Positions 47,780-60,985 of a DNA stretch of 64,000 bases are shown here, piece by piece. Origin of the DNA: Mobula hypostoma (Eukaryota); contig NC_086101.1 in NCBI RefSeq assembly GCF_963921235.1, positions 3,226,001-3,290,000 of the forward strand, read 5' to 3'. The position numbers were made by a program, and so were the translations under genes. The notes below the pieces were generated by a model. It was not told where the DNA came from. It saw nothing but the letters and a program-made list of their open reading frames with translations, and ran no database searches. The first letter of the stretch is position 1. Each line of letters opens with the position of its first letter.

Positions 47780-49810
47780 TGGATAATAATTGGGAGTTTA
47801 ACATCAAAGGGTATACTTTGTATTGAAAGGACAGGCAGGAAGGTGTAGGCGGGAGTGTGGCTCTGCTGGTAAAGGAAGGAATTACATCTTTAGAAAGAGG
47901 TGACATATGGTCAGATGTTGATTCTTTGTGGGGTGGAGTTAGAAACTGCAAGGGTTAGAATTAAATTATTATGGCAATCATATGTAGGCCTCCAAATAAT
48001 AGCCAAGGTGTGGGGTTGAGTTTGCAAAGGGAGCTGGAAAAGGCGTGTAATAAGGGTAATGACACAATTGTAATGGAGGACTTCAATATGCAAGAGGATT
48101 GGGAAAATCAGGCTGGCATCGGATCACAAGAGAGGGGATTTGTTGAATGCCTACGATGGCTTTTCAGAGCAGCTTGTGCTTGAGCCTACTCGGGGAAAGG
48201 CCGTTTTAGACTGGGTGTTGTGTAATAACCCAGATCTTATTAGGGAGCTGACTGTAAAGGAACCTTAGGTAGTGATCATAATATGATTGAATTTGTACTG
48301 CAATTTGAGAGGGAGAAGCACACGTCAGATGTATCAGTATCGCAATGGAATAAAGGGACTTACAGAGACATGAGAGAGGAGTTTGCCCAGGTGGATTGGA
48401 GGAGGATACTAGTGGGGATGACAGCAAAACCGAGATGGCTGAAATTTCTGGGAATAGTTTACAAGGTGCAGGAAAGATATGTCCCACAGAAGAAGTTGTC
48501 TTCAAATGGCAGGGGTAGACAATCGTGGCTGACAAGGAAAGTTCAGGACTGCATAAAAGTCAAAGGAAAAGGCATATAAGGTTTCAAAAGTAAGCGGGAA
48601 TTTGGATGAGTCAGTAGCTTTTAAAATCCAGCAAAAGGCAACTAAAAAGGCTCGAAGAAGGGAAAAGATGTAATCCGAGAGCAAACTAGCCAGTAATGTA
48701 CAGCAGGATACTAAGTGTTTTCAGTAATATAATGTGTAAAAGGGAGCTGAGAATTGGACCACTGGAACATGATGCTGGTGAGGTAGTAATGGGGGACAAA
48801 GAAATGGCAGATGAACTTAATGGGTACTTTGTATCAGTCCTCACTGTGGAAGACACCAGCAGTGTGCCAGAAGTCTGTGAGTGTCAGGGAGCAGGAGTGA
48901 GTGCCATTGCTATTACAAAGGAAAGAGTGCTAGGCAAACTCAAAGGTCTTAGGTCACCTGGACCAGATGGACTACATCCCAGAGTCCTGAGAGAGGTTGC
49001 TGAAGAAATAATTGGTCATGATCTTTCAAGAATCACTTGATTCTGGCATGGTCCCAGTGGAGTGGAAAAATTGCAAATTGCAAAAAATTGCAAACCCTTT
49101 AAGAAGGAAGGCACAAGAGAGGAAGTGAAAGGCCAGTTGGCCTAGCCTCAGTGGTTGGGAAAGTGTTGGACTCCATTATTAAAGATGAGGTTTTGGAGTA
49201 CTTGGAGACTAATGATAAAATAACTCAAAGTCAGCATGGTGTCTGTCAAGGGAAATCTTGCCTGACAAATCAGAGTTAGAGTTCTTCGAGGAAGTAACAA
49301 GCAGGGTGGACAAAGGAGAGGCAGTGGATGTCATTTACTTAGATTTTCAGAAGGCATTTGATATGGTGCCACACATGAGGCTGTGTAACAAGATAAAATC
49401 CCATGGAGTTACAGGAAAGATGCTGGCATGGATAGTGGAATGGCTGACAGGCAGGAGGCAGCAAATAGGAATAAAAGAGGCCTTTTCTGGTTGGCTTCTG
49501 GTGACTAGTGGTGTTCCCCAGGGTCCAATATTGGGACAACTACTTTTCACATTGTTTGTCACTGATTTCAATAATGGAATTGATGGCTTTGTGGCAAAGT
49601 CTGCAGATGATACGAAGATAGGTGGAGGGGTATGTAGTGCAGAGAAAGCAATACAATTGCAGCAGGACAAGTTTGGAAGAATGGACAAAAAAGTGGCAGA
49701 TGGAATATAGTGTTGGGGAATGTATGATAATGCATTTTGGTAAAAGGAAGAATAGTGTGGACTATTATCTAAATGGGGAGAAGGTTCAAACATCAGAGGT
49801 GCAGAGGGGT
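47780..49810 (+). mobile_element. CR1 ORF2 fragment (endonuclease to RT), degraded
   Basis: [41 protein letters not shown]. Confidence 0.9.
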
Positions 49811-51289
49811 GTACACTGAAATTCAATTAATTACAATAATACATTGAGGTTGCACAAAAGAAAAGCAGTAACAGAACGCAGAACAAACTTACAGAGTAGG
49901 GGCAGCACGAGCAGACTACAAAGTGTAAACCCAATAGAGTCATAGAGCACAGAAACAGCCCGTTTGCCCCGTCTAGTCCCTGGCAAACTGTTATTCCCAT
50001 TGATCTGCACCCAGACCAAAGCCCCCTATACCCCGCCTACCCATACACCTATCCGAGCGACTCCTAAATATTGAAATCAAAGCCACATCCAGCACTTGCA
50101 CTGGCAACTCATTCCACACTCGTGCTGCTCTGCGAATGAGGAAGTTCCCCTGAAATATTTCTCCTTTTGCCCTCAACCTATGACCCCTGGTTCTATTCTC
50201 ATCCAGCCTCAGTGCTTTGCCGACCATCCCTGCTCCAGGACTGGTGCCCTCCAAACCTCATCCATGTCCCTGTCGAAACGTCCCTTAAACGTGAAATCAA
50301 AATAGCATCCACCACTTGTGTCAGCAGCTTCTTCTTCCCTCTGAGTGAAACTCTTTAGCCTCATACTTAAACCTTAAGTACCTTAAGCCTTAAACTTTTC
50401 ACCTTTAACCCCTGACCCATGACCTCTACTTGTAGTCTCACCCAACCTCAGTGGAATAGTGGCATTTACCCCACCTATACCCCTCATAATTTTGTAAAAA
50501 CCTCAATCAAACCACCTCAATCTTCTCCATTCTTAGTTCAAAGTACATTTATTATCAAAGTACGTATACAATAATGAGATTCCTCTCCTTACGGGCAGCT
50601 GCTAAACAAAGAAACCCCAAAGAACCCATTAAAAAAAGACTATCGAACACCCAATGTGCAGAGAGAAGAAAGCCAAATCATGCAAACACTAACCACAATC
50701 AAACAGCATCCTGAACTGAAGTTAGAGCACCGTGGTTTAGCATAGTTCAGCGCTCAGCTGAGTAAGTGTTGTGGAGCATTGAGCTGGATCAGCCCATCCC
50801 TCGCCTCAGGCCCAGGCACCCTGACCTTTTAAATCTGCTCACCGCCTGAATAGGCATGCAAACACTGGGTTCAATTGCCTCTAAGTGCTCTGGGGCCAGG
50901 ACTCCACCTCCTCCATTCAGCCCAGCACTTAAATCACCATCCGAACTTCAGGTTCAGTCGGCCCGACCTGCTCAGGTGCCTGGACCTCTCCGCCCTGGTT
51001 CAGCCTGTACCCGACCTTTCCAATTTGGCTCGGCACCAAAATCAATGGAGCCTCAGGCCCTCCTCGACTCGCCTCAGCTCTACCACATCGGATTGCCTTC
51101 AAGTCCAAAGGAAAGTTACAGACTTTACTTGCGCTTATTGTTTGGCAGAAAAAGTGAGATGAGCAAAGTTGTTTCCTTTGTTTCGTTAGACACCAGCAGA
51201 AATCGCAGAAGTTCACCAGCACCATCTTAAACCGGAGGAACAAATGTCAGCACATTATTTTCTAGATGAGGGGTCCAGCACTGCTCACA

Positions 51290-52450
51290 ATACTCCAAGG
51301 GAGGGAAGCCTCACCAATACCTCAGAAAGGCTCACCATTGCATGCTTGTTTTCATATTCCAGTCCTCTCAAAATTAATATTAAACATTATATTCGCCTTC
51401 CTCACCGCCAACTCAAACTGCAAATTAATCTTCAGGGCACTCCCAAGTCCTGCACGAGGACTCTCAAGTCTCTTTGCACCTCGGAGTTTTGAATTTTCTC
51501 CCCATTTTATTCCTTCTATCGAAGCACATGACCATACACTTCCTGATGCTGTTCCATTTGCCACTTCTTTGCACATTCTCCTCATCTGTCTCAGTCCTCC
51601 TCTGCAGCCTCCCTGCTTCCTCAACACTACCTGTCCCTCCACCATTCTTCCTATCGTCCGCATACTTGGCCAAAGAGCCAGATTATTGACAAACAACGCA
51701 AGAAGAAGTGGTCCCCACGCAGACCCCTGCGGAACACCACTAGTCACTGGCAGCCAATCAGAAAAGGGTCCTTTTGCCTCTTTGCCTCCTGCCAATCAGC
51801 CAGTGCTCTATGCATGATATCTTTCCTGTAGTACCATGGGCTCTTATCTTGCTAAGCAGCCTCGTGGGTAGCATCTTGTCAAAGGCCTTCTGACAACCCA
51901 ATACATAACATCAACTGACTATCCTTCATCTATTCTGATTGTTACTTCTTCAAAGAATTCCAACATATTTGTCAGGCAAGATTTTCCTTTGAGCAAACCA
52001 TGACCTTGAGCAAACCAGTTTTATCATGTACCTCCATGTACCCCAAAATCTCACCCTTAATAATAGACTCCAACATCTTCCCAGCCACTGAGGTTGGAAT
52101 AAATGGCCTATAGTTTCCTTTCTTCTGCCTCTCTCCCTTTTTGAAGAGTGGGGCGACATTTGCAATTTTCCAATCCTCCAGAACCATGGCAGAATCTAGA
52201 GATTCTTGAAAGATCATTACTAATGCCTCCGTAATTTCTAGTTGCAACTGTCCTCATTTCTTCCCCCAACACTATCCAAGATCCTACTAGTGTCTTCCAC
52301 AGTGAAGACCGATGGAAAATACTTAATTAATTCCACCACCATCTCCTTACCCACCTCCTCCCCATTACTACCTCTCCAGCATCGTTTCCAGGGATCTAAT
52401 ATCCATTCTCACCTTTCTTTCGCTCTTTATGTATCTGAACAAACTTTTTG
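51290..52450 (-). mobile_element. CR1 RT fragment, degraded
   Basis: WKIANVAPLFKKG, SGVPQGSAWGPLL, YADD. Confidence 0.85.
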
Positions 52451-52783
52451 TTTCCTTGTTTATATTGATCTTAAAATAGATTATTTTAAATTTTTGAATT
52501 TTATTTCAAGATACATCACAGAACAGGGCCTTCTGGCCCCCTGATCTGTGCAGACCCGGTAACCCAGCCTAACCACAGGGAGGGAAGGGTTACGTCGATC
52601 TTTGAGTAGGTTAAAGGGTCAGCAGAACATTGTGGGCTGAAGGGCCTGTACCATGCTGTAATGTTCTAACACAGTAACTCTACACGTTGCACCGTTGTTC
52701 CGCCTGCTGCCTGCGGGGTACCTTGGCTCAGATGTTAACGCCTCTCTCCACACCCCTTCTCGCAGGTGAGGGGCCGCTGAGCG

Positions 52784-53770
52784 ATGAACGACATCTGCCG
52801 CATTTGCGGCGCCGAGCTGAAGGGCAACCAGAGGCGATGGATCTTCAGCGCCCGGGCCCCGGTGGACCTACGGGTGGTGCTGTCCCACGTGCTGGGCCGC
52901 CGGCTCTGCCGCGGAGACGGCGAGAGCGAGTTCCTGTGCGGCAAGTGCGCTGCGGTGCTGGAGAGGCTACACCGCTTCGACGGCGTCATCGCCCGCGTGC
53001 AGGCGCTCTCCGTGGAGAGGGTGCGCCGGCTGCTGACCGAGAGGGGGCGCCTGGCCGGGCTCCTGCGCCGCCTGCACGGCCGGTCCCCGCGCGCGGGCCC
53101 GGCCGGCGATTCGGGAGACCGGGAGCTGGCTGAGCGGGACTACGCGTCGTTGTTGCAGGACGACATGAGCCTGGCCGGGTACGAGTGCTGGGCGGAGGGC
53201 AGTGAAGCCGAACCGGGCCACTGCTCCTGCCCGGACCGCCGCTGCCTCGGGTGCAGCGCCTTCCGCGTATCCGATTACGAGTACGACGCCGTGTGCCCGG
53301 TCCCGCGCCGGCTGGCCCGCGCCCTGGCCACCGGCAACTTTCCCCGCAGCAAGTCCATCGGCGAGCTGGCGGGTGTCGACCTCTCCCCAGTCAGCCGTGC
53401 GGGCTCCCCCTGGCTCAGCCGCCCACTGCCAGTGGCCCGCTCCCTGTCCACCTCCTCGCTGGGAGCAGCCAGCTGCTCGGCCTGGGGCTCCGGTTCCGAC
53501 TCGGACGTGGGCAGCAACGGTGGGGCCTGGTCTGAGGACTGGGCCGGGCCCAGCCCTGAGCAGACTCTGGCTGACCTGGCCCGGCAGCTGGAGGGCGCCA
53601 CCTACCGGCCTGTCCGGGCCCCGCTGCACAGCAGGATCCCAGTCCTAGTCAGGGGTGGCGCCGGGCGGACGGCGAGTGGTTTGGACACCCCGAGGCAAAG
53701 GCTCAGCTACACAGGAGATGAAGAGAGTGAGCTGGATGTGTGGGACGAGTACCGGCCATTCAACCTCGAG
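52784..53770 (+). CDS. PDE4DIP-like: Myomegalin/PDE4DIP-family first coding exon (SMYLE-type N-terminus), 329 codons; exon starts at 52766
   Basis: MNDICRICGAELKGNQRRWIF...LSHVLG...EFLCGKC...RFDGVIARVQALSVER, YASLLQDD, GYECW, RCLGC, VPRRLAR and SRIP match the PDE4DIP short-isoform N-terminus as I recall it; acceptor cttctcgcag at 52765, donor GAG|gtaatg at 53770. Confidence 0.88.
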
Positions 53771-53954
53771 GTAATGGATCAAACTGATCTTGGAGAGGCA
53801 GAGGTTGAGAAGTGGGGCAGCGGGTAGGGAGGGATGGGTTAAATGGGGAGCAGGGGCTGGGAAGGTGAGGGCGGAGGAGTAGCTGTTCGGTTTCCAATGG
53901 TCACTCCAGTTAGACCCAAAAACTCTCCCTGTGTCTGTGAACCCCAACTTCCCT

Positions 53955-54985
53955 ACACCCCACACCATCTCTGTGACCCCCCCCTCCTGAAGACTCTACA
54001 CTCGTCCCCATCTCTGTGATCCCCTCAGCCCCCACAGCCCTCCCCATCTCTGGAAAGCCCCCTGGACCTACATCCCTCCCTGTCTCTAATGCCCCCCAGC
54101 CTCCACACCCCTCCCCGTCTCTGTGACCCCCCCCAGCCTCCACACCCCTCCCCGTCTCTGTGACCCCCCCCAGCCTCCACACCCCTCCCTGTCTCTGTGA
54201 ACCCCCCAGCCTCCACACCCCTCCCTGTCTCTGTGAACCCCCCACCCTCCGCACCCCACCCCATCTCTGTGACCCCCCCAGCCTCCGCACCCCTCCCTGT
54301 CTGTGACCCCCCAGCCTCCACACCCCTTCCCATCTCTGTGACCCCCCCAGCCTCCACACCCCTCCCTGTCTCTGTGAACCCCCCACCCTCCGCACCCCAG
54401 CCCATCTCTGTGACCCCCCAGCCTCCGCACCCCTCCCTGTCTGTGACCCCCCAGCCTGCACACCCCTTCCCATCTCTGTGACCCCCCCAGCCACCCCACC
54501 CCTCCCTGTCTGTGACCCCCCCAGCCTGCACACCCCTCCCCATCTCTGTGACCCCCCCAGCCGCCCCACCCCTCCCCATCTCTGTGACCCCCCCCAGCCT
54601 CCACAGCCCTCCCCATCTCTGTGACTCCCCCCCCTCCTCCCGGCCTCCACACACTTCCCTGTCTCTATGTCCCCTCCCCATCTCCATGACCCCACACTCT
54701 GCCGTTTCTGTATTGTCCTCTGGCTTCTGCACCCTTCCTCGTCCCTGTGACCGCCTCTGGCCTCCACAACCCATCGTACCTCTGACTCTGTAACGCCTTC
54801 CTGTCTCCGCACCCCTCCCCGCCTCTGTGATCCCTTCCAAACTCCTTACCCCTCTGTCTCAGTGACCCCTCAACTCTGCACCCCTTTCTGTCTCTGTGAC
54901 CCCCCCCAACTCTGTACCCCTCTCTGTCTCTGTAATGCCCCCCTCTGGTCCCCACACTCTCCATGTCTCTGTGCCCCCTACACCC
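53955..54985. repeat. C-rich degenerate minisatellite, 34-37 bp unit
   Basis: Unit ccYRtctctgtgaccccccagcctccacacccct; homogeneous centre, diverged edges. Confidence 0.9.
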
Positions 54986-55096
54986 TGTGAGGAGTGGGGT
55001 ATTTGGTGGGGGGGGGGAGCTGCTTTGGAGCAGCCCAGCGTTGCCCTGTTTCTAATCCTGTCTTATTCTCCCCTCCCCTCCCATCTCTTGCTGCAG

Positions 55097-55192
55097 AAGT
55101 TAATTCAGCCCCAACACAAGCCAGGAATCCCGAGCCAGGTCACCGAGCAGCGAAAGGAGGGGAAAGCGGGAGAGATCCTCGTCACAGAGAAG
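55097..55192 (+). CDS. PDE4DIP-like: Next exon of the PDE4DIP-like gene (96 nt): KLIQPQHKPGIPSQVTEQRKEGKAGEILVTEK
   Basis: Long pyrimidine tract, ctgcag| acceptor, AAG|gtgagc donor; phase 0-0, compatible with the previous exon. Confidence 0.7.
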
Positions 55193-55399
55193 GTGAGCCA
55201 TGGACTCAATCTTCCCAGCCCTGGATCCAGCTTACCCACCCACCACTCCCGAGCCCCGGGACTTCTCACTGAATGGCAGACAACATGGGCAGCCCTAACT
55301 GCCCAACATGACGGTCGGCCTCTGCTCAGCCTTAAATCAATGTTTGTGCCACACCAGTTAAATCTCTTCTGCCGACACAATGTCCATATCCCTCCATTT

Positions 55400-57050
55400 T
55401 CCTCTCAGCCATGTGCCTACCTACACGTTTCTGCCCCTACCACCACCCCAAGCAGCCACCACGCTCTGTGTTTCTAAAAATAAAACTTGCCTCTCGCATC
55501 TTCTTTGGAATTACACCCTCTCACCATCAATGCATGCCCCTGGTATGAGACATTTCAACCCTGGGAAACGGATACTGTCTGCCTGCTCTATCCGTCCCTC
55601 TGACAATCATATAAACCTCTCTCAGATCTCCCCTCAGTCTCTGCCGCTCCACAGAAAACATCTCAGGTTGGTCCAGCCTCTCGTTAGAGCACATGCCCTC
55701 TAATCCAGGCGGCATCCTGGTAAACCTGCACCCTCTCCAAAGCCTCCAGGTCCTTCCTACAGAGGGTGATCAGACTGTATGCAGTTCAGCCTGACTAGAG
55801 TCATAAGGGTGCAGCACAGAAACAGGCCTTTTGGCCCATATTGTCCAGGCTGAAACCATCTAAACTGCCTACTCCCATCGACATTTACTGGTACCATAAC
55901 CCTCTGACCATGTACCCATCCAAACTTCTCTTAAACATTCTCATGCACCACTCGTCTGGCAGCTCACTCCACACTCTCATGACCCTCTGAGTGAAGACGT
56001 TTCCCTCATGTCCCCCTTAAACTTCTCACCTTTCACCCTTTACCCATGACCTCTGGCCGTAGTCTCACCCAACCTCAGTGGAAAAAGCCTGTTTGCCTTC
56101 ACCCTAACTATACCCCTCGTAATTTTGTATACTTCTGTCAAATCTCCTCTCAGTCTTCTACATTCTGAAGAGTACAGTCCTAAACTATTGAATCTTTCCT
56201 TATAACTCGGGTCCACTAGACCCGGCAACATCCTTGTAAATTTTCCCCGCATTCTTCCAACCTTATTTACATCTTTCCTCTAGGCAGGTGACCAAAACTG
56301 CAAACAATACTCCAAATTAGGCCTCACCTACGTCTTAAACAACCTCAACATAACATCCCATCTCCTGTACTCAGTACAATGATTTATGAAGGCCAAAGTG
56401 CTGAAAGCTTTCTTTATGACCCTATCTACATGCGATGCCATTTTTAACAAATTATAGACTGTAATCCCATATCCAGGAATATCAATGCCCTACCGTTCAC
56501 GGTGCAAGACCTACCCTAGTTGGTCCTACTGAAGTGCAACACCTCACACTCGTCTGCATTAAATTCCGTCTGCTATTTTTCAGCCCATTTTTCCAGCAGA
56601 CGCAGATCCCTCTGCAAGCCATGATGGACTTCCTCACTGTCCACTACAGCCCCAGTCTTGGTATCATCTGCAAATTTGCTGATCCCGTTAATCACATTTT
56701 CATCCAAATCATTGATATAGATAACAAACAACAAATGACCCAGCACCAATCCCTGCGGTGCACCACTAGTCACAGGCCTCCAGTCAGAGAGACAACCATC
56801 TACTACCACCCTCTGGGTTCCCCCACAAAACCAATGTCTAATCCAATTTACTACCTCATCCTGAATACCAAGTGACTGAACCTTTTTGACCAACCTCCAT
56901 GTGGGACCTTGTCAAATGCCTTACTAATGTCCATGTAGACAACATCCACTTTCCAGGTAACTACCTCAACACTCAGAGTTGGTTAGACATGACCTGCCAT
57001 GCATGAAGCCATGCTGACTATCTTTAATTGGTCCATGTCTTGAGAAGTAC
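55400..57050 (-). mobile_element. Degraded CR1 fragments
   Basis: ORFs 56573..56893 (SGAPQG, YINDL, FADDTK), 56040..56252, 55527..55715. Confidence 0.8.
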
Positions 57051-57109
57051 TTACAGTGTCTACAAAAAAACTTGCAGTGTCCAGATGTGCAAAGCTGACA
57101 GAGACCTAT

Positions 57110-57935
57110 CCATGCTACACATGCCCTTACACTTCCTCCCTTACCACCATTCAGGGCCCCAAACAGTCCTTCCAGGTGAGGCAACACTTCACCTGTGAGT
57201 CGGCTGGGGTGATATACTGCGTCCGGTGCTCCCGATGTGGCCTTCTATATATTGGCGAGACCCGACGCAGACTGGGAGACCGCTTTGCTGAACACCTACA
57301 CTCTGTCCGCCAGAGAAAGCAGGATCTCCCAGTAACCACACATTTTAATTCCACATCCCCTTCCCATTCTGACTTGTCTATCCACGGCCTCCTCTACTGT
57401 AAAGATGAAGCCACACTCAGGTTGGAGGAACAACACCTTATATTCCGTCTGGGTAGCCTCCAACCTGATGGCATGAACATCGACTTCTCTAAGTTCCGCT
57501 GATGCCCCACCTCCCCCTCGTACCCCATCTGTTACTTATTTTTATACACACATTCTTTCTCTCTCTCTGTCCTTTTTCTCCCTCTGTCCCTCTGAATATA
57601 CCCCTTGCCCATCCTCTGGGTTCCCCCCCCCGTCTTTCTTCCTGGGCCTCCTGTCCCATGATCCTCTCGTATCCCTTTTGCCTATCACCTGTCCAGCTCT
57701 TGGCTCCATCCCTCCCCCTCCTGTCTTTTCCTAACATTTTGGATCTCCCCCTCTCCCTCCAACTTTCAAATCTCTTACTAACTCTTCCTTCAGTTAGTCC
57801 TGACAAAGGGTCTCGGCCTGAAACGTTGACTGTACCTCTTCCTACAGATGCTGCCTGGCCTGCTGCGTTCACCAGCAACTTTGATGTGTGTTGCTTGAAT
57901 TTCCAGCATCTGCAGAATTCCTGTTGTTTGCGTTT
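57110..57935 (+). mobile_element. Penelope-like element 3' end: GIY-YIG endonuclease and tail
   Basis: FTCESAGVIYCVRCSRCGLLYIGETRRRLGDRFAEH...LGSLQPDGMN; tail has a hammerhead-like motif at 57795-57832. Confidence 0.9.
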
Positions 57936-58159
57936 TTAGAGACCTATCCACACAGACTCAAGGTTGTAATTGCTGACAAAGTTGCATCTACGAAATACTG
58001 AATTAAACCATAAGAATTAGGCCATTTGGCCCATCAAGTCTGCTCTGCCATTCAATCATGCCCGATCCCTATTTACTCCTCCTCAGCCACACTCCCTGGC
58101 CTTCTCCCCATTACCTTTGATGCTGTGTCCAAACGAGAACCTATCAACGTCCACCTTAA

Positions 58160-59935
58160 GGTGAATTGATTATGGGGAGCAAGGACATGGCAGACCAATT
58201 GAATAATTACTTTGGTTCTGTCTTCACTAAGGAGGACATAAATAATCTTCCAGAAATAGTAGGGGACAGAGGGTCCAGTGGGATGGAGGAACTGAGCGAA
58301 ATACATGTTAGTAGGGAAGTGGTGTTAGGTAAATTGAAGGGATTGAAGGCAGATAAATCCCCAGGGCCAGATGGTCTGCATCCTAGAGTGCTTAAGGAAG
58401 TAGCCCAAGAAATAGTGGATGCATTAGTGATAATTTTTCAAAACTCTTTAGATTCTGGACTAGTTCCTGAGGATTGGAGGGTGGCTAATGTAACTCCACT
58501 TTTTAAAAAAGGAGGGAGAGAGAAACCGGGAATTATAGACCGGTTAGCCTAACGTCGGTGATGGGGAAACTGCTGGAGTCAGTTATCAAGGATGTGATAA
58601 CAGCACATTTGGAAAGCGGTGAAATGATCGGACAAAGTCAGCATGGATTTGTGAAAGGAAAATCATGTCTGACGAATCTCATAGAATTTTTTGAGGATGT
58701 AACTAGTAGAGTGGATAGGGGAGAACCAGTGGATGTGGTATATTTGGATTTTCAAAAGGCTTTTGACAAGGTCCCACACAGGAGATTAGTGTGCAAACTT
58801 AAAGCACACAGTATTGGGGGTAAGGTATTGGTGTGGGTGGAGAATTGGTTAGCAGACAGGAAGCAAAGAGTGGGAATAAACGGGACCTTTTCAGAATGGC
58901 AGGCGGTGACTAGTGGGGTACCGCAAGGCTCAGTGCTGGGACCCCAGTTGTTTACAATATATATTAATGACTTGGATGAGGGAATTAAATGCAGCATCTC
59001 CAAGTTTGCGGATGACACGAAGCTGGGTGGCAGTGTTAGCTGTGAGGAGGATGCTAAGAGGATGCAGGGTGACTTGGATAGGTTGGGTGAGTGGGCAAAT
59101 TCATAGCAGATGCAATTTAATGTGGATAAATGTGAAGTTATCCACTTTGGTGGCAAAAATAGGAAAACAGATTATTATCTGAATGGTGCCGATTAGGAAA
59201 AGGGGAGGTGCAACGAGACCTGGGTGTCATTATACACCAGTCATTGAAAGTGGGCATGCAGGTACAGCAGGCGGTGAAAAAGGCGAATGGTATGCTGGCA
59301 TTTATAGCGAGAGGATTCGAGTACAGGAGCAGGGAGGTACTACTGCAGTCGTATAAGGCCTTGGTGAGACCACACCTGGAGTATTGTGTGCAGTTTTGGT
59401 CCCCTAATCTGAGGAAAGACATCCTTGCCATAGAGGGAGTACAAAGAAGGTTCACCAGATTGATTCCTGGGATGGCAGGACTTTCATATGAAGAAAGACT
59501 GGATGAACTGGGCTTGTACTCGTTGGAATTTAGAAGATTGAGGGGGGATCTGATTGAAACGTATAAGATCCTAAAGGGATTGGACAGGCTAGATGCAGGA
59601 AGATTGTTCCCGATGTTGGGGAAGTCCAGAACGAGGGGCCACAGTTTGAGGATAGAGGGGAAGCCTTTTAGGACCGAGATTAGGAAAAACTTCTTCACAC
59701 AGAGAGTGGTGAATCTGTGGAATTCTCTGCCACAGGAAACAGTTGAGGCCAGTTCATTGGCTATATTTAAGAGGGAGTTAGATATGGCCCTTGTGGCTAC
59801 GGGGGTCAGGGGGTATGGAGGGAAGGCTGGGGCGGGGTTCTGAGTTGGAGGATCAGCCATGATCATAATAAATGGCAGTGCAGACTCGAAGGGCCGAATG
59901 GCCTACTCCTGCACCTATTTTCTATTTTCTATATT
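58160..59935 (+). mobile_element. Young 5'-truncated CR1, ORF2 broken by frameshifts and a stop
   Basis: ORFs 58166, 58558 and 59208 are nearly identical to the 61018 ORF. Confidence 0.95.
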
Positions 59936-60985
59936 TTAAATACACTCAACGACCTGCCCTCCATGGTTGCCCGTGGTAACAAATTCCATAAATTCACCAT
60001 TCTCCAGCTAAAGAAATTTCTCCACATCTGTTTTGAGTGGATGCCCCTCTATCCCGAGACTGTGCCCTCTTGTCCTTGACTCTACCAGCATGGGAAACAT
60101 CCTTTTCATATCTACTCTGTCTGGGCATTTCAATATTCGAAAGGTTTCACTGAGACCTGCATCACCCCCACCCCCAATCCTTCAAAATTCCAGTGAGAAC
60201 CAGACCCAGGGCCATTAAATGTTCCTCGTATGATAACCCTTTCATTTCTGGAATCATCCTTGTGAATCTCCCCTGGACCCTCTCCAATGCCAGCACATCT
60301 TTTCTGAGATGAGCAGCCCAAAACTGTGTGAAGGTGAGGCTTCACCAGTGCCTTTATAAAGCCTCAGCATTACATCCCTGCTCTTGTGTTCTGGACCTTA
60401 TGAAATGAACGCTACCATTGCATTTGCCTTCCTCATCACCACTGACTCTACCTGCAAGTTAACCTTTAGGGTGATCTGCACAAGGATTCCCAAGTCCCTC
60501 TGCATCTCAGATTTTTGGATTTTCTCCCCGTTTAGAAAATAGTCTGCACATTTATATCTACTAATAAAATGCATGACCATGCATTTTCCAACATTGTATT
60601 TCATTTGCCACTTTCTTGCCCATTCTCCAAATCTGTCGAAGTCCTTCTGCATCCTACCTGTTTCCTCAACACTACCTCCCTCTCCACCAATCTTCATATC
60701 ATCTGCAAACTTGGCAACAAAGCAATCCATCCATCATCTAAATCATTGATATACAGCATCAAAAGAAGTGGTCCCAACACAGAGACCCCTGTGGAACACC
60801 ACTAGTCACTGGCAGCCCACCAGGAAAGGATCCTTTCATTCCCACTCGCTGCCTCCTACCAATCAGCCAATGCTCTAGCCATGCCAGTAATTTTCCTGTA
60901 ATACCATGGGCTCATAACTTGATAAGCAGCCTCATGAGTGGCACCTTGTCAAAGACCTTCTGAAAGTCCAAATATACACTGCATC

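Noticed and set aside
53771..53827. Read-through end of the 347-aa ORF
   Set aside because: Similarity ends at ...YRPFNLE where a GT donor lies, and an in-phase downstream exon exists; a retained-intron isoform cannot be excluded.
53910..54840. Gly/Arg-rich ORFs of 188-300 aa
   Set aside because: Translations of the intronic C-rich minisatellite.
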